64,000 bases of DNA, taken from an uncultured Planctomycetia bacterium. GTDB lineage: Bacteria; Planctomycetota; UBA8108; UBA1146. A program made the translations under genes and the position numbers. Below the pieces are notes generated by a model, which worked only from the letters and a program-made list of their open reading frames with translations, was not told the DNA's origin and made no database searches. The stretch is from positions 49,331 to 113,330 of the forward strand of contig CAZSDP010000013.1 in NCBI GenBank assembly GCA_964605665.1, written 5' to 3'. Shown here piece after piece: positions 57,150-64,000 of the stretch. Within the stretch, counting starts at the first letter, position 1; each line of letters opens with the position of its first letter.

Positions 57150-58517
57150 TCAGGGACAGGCGCTCGTATCGTTGCAATCTAGGGGATCGGTATCAGAAGG
57201 GTCGACTCCACAAGAGAGTCCCGGCGCTGGAGGAGGCGCCCCCCCGACGAAGAGATAAGTAAACACGTAGATCGCGTCGGCGAGATCGAGAGCTCCCGAA
57301 TCATTGGAGTCTGCGGCATCTATGCATCCCAAGGCTCCCATCAGGAACAAGAAGTTCAAGATCGTCACCCCATCTGCAACATTGACCATGGCGTCGACGT
57401 TCGCGTCACCACGAATGAACTGCTCCAAGGGAATGCATTCGACGGTCTCGCAAATGAGGGTGGAATCGACGCCACACGAGCCCGCAACGGAGACGCAAAC
57501 ATCGTGTGGGCCATCGCTGGGAAGAGTGACCAAGGCACTGTTTCCCGCCACTCCCGATTGAACAACCGACCCGTCGACCGTGATCGTTGCGGTGTACGGG
57601 GGAAGCGGCCCGGTGAATCCAGACCAACTCAGACTGACTTCACAACCGGTCGGACCTTGAGCAGGCTCAGCGGTCAGAATCCCACCCGAAGGTGCTGGAT
57701 CGACCGTGCAATCAGCATCGCAACAAGTGGAAACCGAAGGCTGACCACCGATGATTGGGGTCAGGCAAACTTGACGACTTCCGCTTTGACCGGGAAGCAC
57801 CGTTCCATCGTCGGGCAGGCTATAAGTGGTGGCGGTTCCGGAGAGGGTCGTCGCCAATACACCGTCGATGCGCACTTCGATAGCGTCGTAGACGAAAGCA
57901 TTGGTCCAGGAGAGCTCGAAGTTACAAGCACACGGGCTTCCAGCTGCCACGCAGTTCAATCCGGTGATCGAGGGATCGAGAATGGTGATTTCCCCCGAAA
58001 GTTGATCGGGAATCACTTGGGCGCTAGACGGTTCAACGACAATTACCTCGACCGGTGGAACTCCGATCGTTGCACAAAAGTTGACGGTGCTAACCGAGCC
58101 GATGCCGCCCAGTGGTGAGTATGTCGCTCGTGCAAGCTCATAGTCCGCCCCGGGAAGTAGAGGGGAACAGAGCATAAAGCAAATGATCACCCCTTGGGTG
58201 AAACCGCCACTCTCCATGTCGAGAGACTCGAATTCCGGTGCACCCCCCCCATTACTTGTCTGGGTAGTGTCTCCGCTGGTGATCGCCTGCAAGGTCAGCT
58301 CTGCACTACTGTGACAAACTCCGTATGACCAACCGCTCAAGTTGATGCCACTGGAGCTGTCGAGAATTACGCCCACTTCCGCTTCGATACCTGGTGGCGT
58401 CATCGCACTCTCGAGCTGTATTTGATATGCATTCTGTTTTGCATCACTCACACTACAAAAAGCCAAGAGTGAAATGAGTCCGATGGCCACTTTGGTGTAT
58501 CGCGGTTTCCCGTGCAT
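57150..58517 (-). CDS. Secreted cohesin-like + two Cys-rich Ig/FN3-like + dockerin protein
   Basis: GGAGGAG RBS before ATG 58517, signal peptide. Beta-sandwich VGVILDSS..LSGWSYGVCH..GFTQGVII..YELARATY..VNFC resembles a cohesin. Two LSW-containing modules. Dockerin FIRGDANVDAMVNVAD..CIDAADSNDSGALDLAD. Confidence 0.7.
   Translation of the reverse strand: MHGKPRYTKVAIGLISLLAFCSVSDAKQNAYQIQLESAMTPPGIEAEVGVILDSSSGINLSGWSYGVCHSSAELTLQAITSGDTTQTSNGGGAPEFESLDMESGGFTQGVIICFMLCSPLLPGADYELARATYSPLGGIGSVSTVNFCATIGVPPVEVIVVEPSSAQVIPDQLSGEITILDPSITGLNCVAAGSPCACNFELSWTNAFVYDAIEVRIDGVLATTLSGTATTYSLPDDGTVLPGQSGSRQVCLTPIIGGQPSVSTCCDADCTVDPAPSGGILTAEPAQGPTGCEVSLSWSGFTGPLPPYTATITVDGSVVQSGVAGNSALVTLPSDGPHDVCVSVAGSCGVDSTLICETVECIPLEQFIRGDANVDAMVNVADGVTILNFLFLMGALGCIDAADSNDSGALDLADAIYVFTYLFVGGAPPPAPGLSCGVDPSDTDPLDCNDTSACP
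57153..57419 (-). repeat. Dockerin-type repeat 4 (4-Cys variant)
   Basis: FIRGDANVDAMVNVAD..LF..CIDAADSNDSGALDLADAI..LFVGGAPPPAP..CGVDP..LDC..C. Confidence 0.8.
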
Positions 58518-58760
58518 AACGCACTCCTCCAAACCGAGTGTTGGGCGTTCTGAAAATCACCCTATCAGCGCTCCTCGAATCGGGAAGGACAAGACTTTGC
58601 GCCTTCGTCTTCCACCGATTGAGAGAGCGTCAATTCAACAAATCAACGACAACCAAGACTCGTTCTAACTCACCCCTTTGCGCTCAATCTTCTTCATGCA
58701 GATCTAAACGCGATTTGATAAGGGAACGTCTTGAAGATGAGTGGAAAAGTCGTTGCAGTC

Positions 58761-58793
58761 AAAAAAGTGAAGGCCCCCTAGCGTTAGGGGCCT
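58761..58793 (-). terminator. Intrinsic terminator on minus strand overlapping the sORF stop
   Basis: Minus strand reads AGGCCCCTAACGCTAGGGGGCCT-TCAC-TTTTTT: GC-rich stem followed by a U-tract. Confidence 0.65.
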
Positions 58794-58861
58794 CTTACTC
58801 CTCCACGTCTCGCCCGACAGCTTTCAACCGTTGTGACCGCCGAGTTTGAATCCACCGACAT
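58784..58861 (-). CDS. Putative 25-aa small ORF/leader peptide MSVDSNSAVTTVESCRARRGGVRGP
   Basis: Translated by hand on the minus strand; strong SD GAGGTGGAG directly upstream of ATG 58861; TAA lies inside the terminator hairpin. Below the ORF-track cutoff. Confidence 0.4.
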   Translation of the reverse strand: MSVDSNSAVTTVESCRARRGGVRGP

Positions 58862-59260
58862 TCTCCACCTCAAATCGGAAAAGGTCTAGTCACCAACTGA
58901 GACTGAATTGCCAAATGGATCGCGTCAGACGAAGAGAGTTTTTCAGGAGAAGATCCGTACCCCCCAATGTACGTGTCCTCGATCCTCACGGAATGAGAGG
59001 TTCAGACTCTCGCTACATCGGTCACTTGAGACAGAATAGGGAAGATCAGCTCTGCTTGTCTTTTGATCCCAGGCGGCCTCCGGGAATGGCACTGAAATCC
59101 CCACTCAACACCGGTCAAAAAACCGCGTCATCCGTCCGAATTCGAGCAGATCTACCGACAAAATGAACAATCTCAATGTCGCCCCTTCGGCTCTTTAAGA
59201 GTCCCGCTTAAGCACACGGCTCGCCCTCCAACGACTCTCACACTTCAGCTGAGTGCTCTC

Positions 59261-59309
59261 CTAGTCGGGAAGATGATCCCCTAACCACCGGGGATCGGAT
59301 CTTCCCTAG
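59261..59309. other. Long imperfect hairpin in intergenic region
   Basis: CTAG..GGGAAGAT-GATCCCC-(TAACCACC)-GGGGATC..ATCTTCCC-TAG. Confidence 0.5.
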
Positions 59310-59422
59310 CCCGAACCGTGGTACTTTCTCAATCTGCAGGCTGCCGAGAGCAGATCGCAATCGGAACGGAGCGATGGCACTCCGCCGATTCTCCAAGAGC
59401 GCAGGTGAAAGGTCGGGAGTTC

Positions 59423-62400
59423 TTGAACTCACCCCAGAAGCCGCTTCAGTTGTTCATGGCTTTCTTCACAGTTCTCTTCCTCTGGCAGAATCCAGTCGAC
59501 AGCCAGAGTGGCGACCGCGCTGGCGAAGCTCAACCGGAGAACTGGAGAGAGTGGGAGGTCCCACCTGCTCCCCCACTCAGCCCAGAGGAACAGCTGAGGT
59601 CTTTTCGCGTGGCCCCCGGGTTTCGAGTCGAACTGGTCGCGGCCGATCCCCTGATCGTCGATCCGATCACCATCGACTTCGATGAACACGGCCGACTCTG
59701 GGCAATCGAATTACGCGCATACATGCCCAATGTCGACGGCGAGGGGGAGTGCGATCCCCTCGGAACTGTCGTCGTTCTCGAGGATCTCGACGGCGATGGG
59801 ACCTACGACCGGAGAAATGAGTTTCTCACTGGATTAGTCAATCCGCGCGCCCTCGCCCTGGTTGACGGAGGCGTGCTCGTGGGAGAGCCGCCCTATCTCT
59901 GGTACTGCCGAGACGTCGACGGTGATCTTCGTTCAGACTGGAAGATGGAGATCACTCGCTTCGGAAGTCCCAATCCCGATCACCTTGAACACACAGAAAA
60001 CGGTCTTCTTCGAAATCTCGACAACTGGCTCTACTGCGCAAAGTCTTCGCGACGATTCAAATTCTCCCGAGGCGAAGACGACGTACCGTACGTGAAGGAA
60101 GAACCCACCGCGTTTCGGGGACAATGGGGAATCGCCTCCGATGCCCAGGGACGACTGCACTACAACGGCAATTCGAGTTATCTATACGGTGATCCGTGGC
60201 CAGCTGAGTATCTGCTGCGCGGATCGGTTTGCGGTCGCGCCATCGGACAGTCTCCGGGCATCGGCGAGCGACTGGTGGATGACGAAGCAGTTTTCAGCAT
60301 TCGCGTGAATCCTGGAATCAATCGCGGATATCAACCGGGAATGCTCCGTAAAGATGGTCGCTTAGCGCGCACCACCTCGGTCAGTGGTCTCGCCATCGAA
60401 CGTGGAGGGTGCTTCCCAACGGAGTATCGCGGGAACGCCTTCATTCCCGAACCCGCAGGCAATGTGGTCGCTAATTTCCGATCGAAGGATCACCGAGGAG
60501 AATTGCATCGCACCCAGAGGTTGTTTCCCGACGAAGATTGGGGTTCACGAGCATTTCTAGCGAGTTCCGATGAACGATTTCGGCCGGTCGACTGCGCATT
60601 CGGACCTGAGGGAGCGCTCTATGTGGTCGATCTTTACCGAGGCATTTTGCAACACCGCCAGTATGTGACCAGTTATCTCCGCTCCCAGATTCTCGAGCGT
60701 GGTCTCGATCGCCCGGTCGGATTGGGTCGTATCTGGAGAGTTGTCCCAGAGAATTGGTCGCCGCCGAAGCAAACTCTCGACCAACACTTCCGCGACCTCC
60801 CAGCCTGCGTGCGATCGCTCTCACATGAAAGTGGCTGGATACGAGAGGTCGCCCAGCGAAAACTGATCGAAGCAAATGACCCCACGATCGTTCCCCTCTT
60901 AAATGCGAAGGTGAGTTCTGGCCCGACCATCGGCAGAATCCATGCTCTATGGACTCTCGAGGGACTCCAATCGCAAGATGTTGAAACGATCCGCACAGCA
61001 CTTGCTTTCAGTGATGCGCAGCTGAGAATCCAAGCTCTGCGGGTTGCGGAGAGATCGATCGGAAGTGATCAGGAAGAACGAGTTCTCGACGCACTCCTAG
61101 AGCTCACCGAAGATCCCGATCTGCAAGTCCGACGGCAGCTGATGTTCTCTCTCGGTGCATTTGATCGGGAGCGCGCGCGTCGAGCGATGCTCGAGCTCGT
61201 CCTGGCGGACAGTGGAGACCCGATCATTCGTCTCGCCCTCGCCAGCGGAATCAAAGGCCATCATGAGAGTCTGATTCGCTCACTCCTAGAATCGCGCGAC
61301 CAAGAACTCCGAGCGCTCGATCGGCTCCTCTTCGTGGAGCTGACAGCGAGTTGGATCGCTACCGATCGGTCAAGAATCGACCGAGCCCTCGAACTCGCTC
61401 ATACGTACTTTGACCAATCTTCAGAAGAAGTCCTCGCCATACTGGACGGAGTCCTACTGATTCTCGAACGTCGTGGCACCCCGCCTGCGGTTCTAAACCT
61501 TCCCCCTGACCTCCTCTCGAGAACCGAGCGATCTGGCGCATTGACCGCCCGCCTCGAGAGGTTGGCCAACCGCCTCCGTTGGTCACAGATAGATCTGAAC
61601 AACGCCGAGGCGGATTCTCCTCTGACTCCCCTGCCAGAAGCTTACGCAGGATTCGAGGAGCGAGGGGCTGCACTCTTTCCAACCTGCGCGGTTTGCCACG
61701 GCGTCACTGGGGAGGGGATTCAGGGGTTGGCGCCTCCTCTCCGAAACTCTCAATTCCTCAACTCTGATTCAGCCCTCGTTCGCATTATCCGAGACGGTCT
61801 CACCGGAGCTCTACAGGTCGATGGTCAGGAGTGGGATCTGACGATGCCTGGGCATAGTGCTGATGCGCGTTTCGATCACGTCGGAGTCGCGTCTCTCATC
61901 ACCTGGCTCAGACGACAGTGGGGTCACCGCGCTCCTCCGATCTCGGCAGAAACTGTCGAAGAGATTTTCCAGCGAGACTCAACTCGAAATCTCCCATGGA
62001 CCGCTGCCGAGCTCTTCGATACCGATTCGAGTGAGAGCGCCAAGGCGGCCTCAGCGTTCAAGGTAAATCGTCTCGAAGCAGATCACAGCTGGATCGATTT
62101 GTTCGACGGAACATCTTTGAAAGGCTGGTCAACTCAAGGAGGTCGAGCGCAATATCGAGTCGAAGGTGACTCGATCGTCGGCCAGAGTGTTCCCAACTCT
62201 CCCAATACATTTCTTTGTACCGATCGATCATTCTCCGATTTCGAGCTGCAGTATGAATTCAAAGTCGACCCTGCTCTGAACTCAGGAGTTCAGATTCGAA
62301 GTCGAGTGGGAGAAGATGGCATCGTTCGAGGCTTGCAAATTGAGATCGACGTCGATCTGAATCGGCAGCGCTTTTGGAGCGCGGGCATCTACGAAGAGGG

Positions 62401-62665
62401 TGGACGAGGTTGGCTCGCCGACTTGGCGAAGAATCGCGAGGCAAGAGAAGCAGCGCTGCCACACGACTGGAATCGTGTTCGAGTCCGGGCAATCGGTGGA
62501 TCGATCGAAACATGGATCAATGACGTCCCGGCGGCGAAGCTGTGGGATACAAAAGCACTCGAAGGAATCATCGGGCTACAAGTCCACGGAGTCGGAACAC
62601 GCCAGGATCCCCTCGAAGTACGCTGGCGGAAGATCAGATTACTCCCCCTCGATCAGAAAGACTGA
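59423..62665 (+). CDS. PVC-type heme-binding dehydrogenase-like protein: beta-propeller + HEAT repeats + cytochrome c + DUF1080 (3-keto-disaccharide hydrolase-like)
   Basis: FRVAPGFRVELVAADPLIVDPITIDFDEHGRLWAIE, DLDGDG..FLTGL, RFRPV..GPEGALYVVD, HEAT region, CAVCH with distal MPG, C-terminal WIDLFDGTSLKGW..DFELQYEFK..NSGVQIRS..WN..GLQVH. Start uncertain (59318-59456). Confidence 0.85.
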   Translation: MNSPQKPLQLFMAFFTVLFLWQNPVDSQSGDRAGEAQPENWREWEVPPAPPLSPEEQLRSFRVAPGFRVELVAADPLIVDPITIDFDEHGRLWAIELRAYMPNVDGEGECDPLGTVVVLEDLDGDGTYDRRNEFLTGLVNPRALALVDGGVLVGEPPYLWYCRDVDGDLRSDWKMEITRFGSPNPDHLEHTENGLLRNLDNWLYCAKSSRRFKFSRGEDDVPYVKEEPTAFRGQWGIASDAQGRLHYNGNSSYLYGDPWPAEYLLRGSVCGRAIGQSPGIGERLVDDEAVFSIRVNPGINRGYQPGMLRKDGRLARTTSVSGLAIERGGCFPTEYRGNAFIPEPAGNVVANFRSKDHRGELHRTQRLFPDEDWGSRAFLASSDERFRPVDCAFGPEGALYVVDLYRGILQHRQYVTSYLRSQILERGLDRPVGLGRIWRVVPENWSPPKQTLDQHFRDLPACVRSLSHESGWIREVAQRKLIEANDPTIVPLLNAKVSSGPTIGRIHALWTLEGLQSQDVETIRTALAFSDAQLRIQALRVAERSIGSDQEERVLDALLELTEDPDLQVRRQLMFSLGAFDRERARRAMLELVLADSGDPIIRLALASGIKGHHESLIRSLLESRDQELRALDRLLFVELTASWIATDRSRIDRALELAHTYFDQSSEEVLAILDGVLLILERRGTPPAVLNLPPDLLSRTERSGALTARLERLANRLRWSQIDLNNAEADSPLTPLPEAYAGFEERGAALFPTCAVCHGVTGEGIQGLAPPLRNSQFLNSDSALVRIIRDGLTGALQVDGQEWDLTMPGHSADARFDHVGVASLITWLRRQWGHRAPPISAETVEEIFQRDSTRNLPWTAAELFDTDSSESAKAASAFKVNRLEADHSWIDLFDGTSLKGWSTQGGRAQYRVEGDSIVGQSVPNSPNTFLCTDRSFSDFELQYEFKVDPALNSGVQIRSRVGEDGIVRGLQIEIDVDLNRQRFWSAGIYEEGGRGWLADLAKNREAREAALPHDWNRVRVRAIGGSIETWINDVPAAKLWDTKALEGIIGLQVHGVGTRQDPLEVRWRKIRLLPLDQKD

Positions 62666-63091
62666 GCAGATCAGCGACCTACGTTTGAGGGAATCTCATA
62701 GCGCTTCGGAGTCGCTCCCACCTCTGATTTTTCTCAGCAAGACGAGCTCGAGCAGCTTCCTTCGGTGAGCTCTACCTCCTCCGCCACGCAGCAGCTCCTT
62801 CCAACAACGCACCGACAGTTCAGGAGCAATGAAGCGCAACCCGCTCATCTCAACTGCAAAGCCCGAAAATCGTAAAATCGCTGCTCTTTCAGAGGCTCTA
62901 GAGATGCGATTCTCCGACGGAGTGAAACGGACGATGCCCTCAAGGGCCGATTCGCGTTAGCATGTGGAAACTCGGGCCGGTGGTGATCGGTGCTCCGAGG
63001 CCCTCTCGAAATTGGTCAACGACTTGTTCTGACTGATTTCGAGAAGTCTGTTCCTTGGGAATTCTCAACAACATCAGATTGGAGGCCAACG

Positions 63092-64000
63092 ATGCACAAA
63101 GGCATCGTGTGGGTGGTCGCCCTATTCCTCGGCTTGCTGAGTCAATTCGCGATCGGAACCACAAGGTTGGGTTCGATATGCTCGGCACAGACCGAGCCGA
63201 GAAGCGGTATCGAAGAGCGCGAGATCGGAGTTCATGCCCTGACCGGGGCGACGATCATCACGACACCAGGAACTCAGATCGAAGATGGCATCATCTTGAT
63301 CCGGCGTGGAGTGATCGAAGCGGTTGGAAAACGAATCGCCATTCCGCAGGAAGCACGGGTTTGGGATCTGAGCGGCCACACGATCACCGCCGGCTGGATC
63401 GATCTGGACTTCCGGCTCGAGCCAAAACTCCCTACTGAAGGAGAATCGCGAGAAGGACGCGCTTGGAACGATCGAGTGCATCCTGAGATCGACATCTCCG
63501 AGGGACTCCAAATCGATGAAGATCAGGCAAAGTCTCATCGAGAGTCTGGCTTCGCGATCGCCCTTGCAACACCGTCGAAGGGCATTCTCGCTGGTCAAGG
63601 TTCTCTCGTTCGAATGACGGGCCGGGACGATCGTCGAACCGTGTTGGCACATCGAATGATGCAGATTGCCTCACTGGAGCATGGCGGTTGGGGAGATGGA
63701 GGATACCCAGGATCGCGTATGGGAGCGATCGCACTCCTTCGGCAGTCGCTGCTCGATGCCCAGTGGTACCAAGAAGCGTGGCAACAACATCAAACATCTC
63801 CCGCCGCGATCCCCAGACCGGAAGTCAACATCGCCCTCGCGGCGATGGGACCGGTAATCAACGGAGATCAGCCGATCGCACTGCGGTCTCGAGATGTCCT
63901 CGATCTATTGAGTCTGGGCAAAATTGCAAGTGAGTTCGGACTGCGGGGATTCGCATTCGGAAGCGGCGAGGAGCAGCTCTGGCTCCCCGAGGTCGCTCAA
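63092..64000 (+). CDS. Secreted amidohydrolase family protein (5' part, truncated by window end)
   Basis: Not in the ORF track because it is open-ended. Translated by hand: GGAGG RBS, MHKGIVWVVALFLGLL signal, HALTGATII..GIILIRRGVIEAVG..DLSGHTITAGWID, YPGSRMGAIALLRQSLLDAQWY. Confidence 0.85.
   Translation, partial: MHKGIVWVVALFLGLLSQFAIGTTRLGSICSAQTEPRSGIEEREIGVHALTGATIITTPGTQIEDGIILIRRGVIEAVGKRIAIPQEARVWDLSGHTITAGWIDLDFRLEPKLPTEGESREGRAWNDRVHPEIDISEGLQIDEDQAKSHRESGFAIALATPSKGILAGQGSLVRMTGRDDRRTVLAHRMMQIASLEHGGWGDGGYPGSRMGAIALLRQSLLDAQWYQEAWQQHQTSPAAIPRPEVNIALAAMGPVINGDQPIALRSRDVLDLLSLGKIASEFGLRGFAFGSGEEQLWLPEVAQ

Noticed and set aside
57504-58118. 204-aa plus-strand ORF
   Set aside because: Antisense shadow of the cohesin-dockerin gene.
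58800-59220. Possible tmRNA, RNase P, 6S or SRP RNA in the long intergenic region
   Set aside because: No tmRNA tRNA-like ends or ...ALAA tag, no RNase P GAGGAAAGUCC, no SRP loop recognised; an Rfam scan would be needed to exclude fully.
1-64000. CRISPR arrays, IS elements, prophage, defence island, RiPP cluster
   Set aside because: No regularly spaced direct repeats, transposase/integrase motifs, phage genes or precursor-maturase sets were seen. TldD/E alone is not evidence of a RiPP cluster.

Overview
Bacterial genomic DNA, roughly 55-60% GC by eye and densely coding. It is most likely from a Planctomycetota genome, based on the planctomycete-type MoxR/DUF58/BatA/vWA/squalene-cyclase-like operon, Cys-stabilised dockerin repeats, DUF1800/DUF1501 and a PVC-type heme protein. 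I found no rRNA, tRNA, CRISPR array, integrase or transposase. Left to right: (1) a 7-gene MoxR-vWA operon (-); (2) guaB-guaA-ribH-nusB-ftsY (+), where GuaB is clearly eukaryote-type; (3) small envelope genes, a Na+/solute symporter and a divergent PIG-L deacetylase; (4) a sugar operon (TIM-barrel isomerase/lyase, Gfo/Idh/MocA, class I xylA, xylB); (5) an FHA-GAF-adenylate cyclase; (6) a matrixin protease and two tandem di-heme oxidoreductases; (7) TauE, macro-domain, hydrolase and SGNH genes; (8) 2-oxoacid oxidoreductase alpha/beta; (9) a dockerin beta-propeller and dockerin-DUF1800 + DUF1501; (10) tldD/tldE, nagA, ROK; (11) Zn-phospholipase C and a K+ channel; (12) a cohesin-like+dockerin protein and a possible 25-aa sORF; (13) a PVC heme dehydrogenase fused to DUF1080 and a truncated amidohydrolase. 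The best novel-system candidate is a secreted cohesin/dockerin network whose four dockerin-tagged members are not CAZymes (di-heme redox enzyme, DUF1800, beta-propeller, cohesin+dockerin adaptor). Other highlights are the eukaryote-type IMPDH and the dehydrogenase-cytochrome c-DUF1080 fusion. All family assignments come from motif recognition by eye; no HMM or BLAST search was run.
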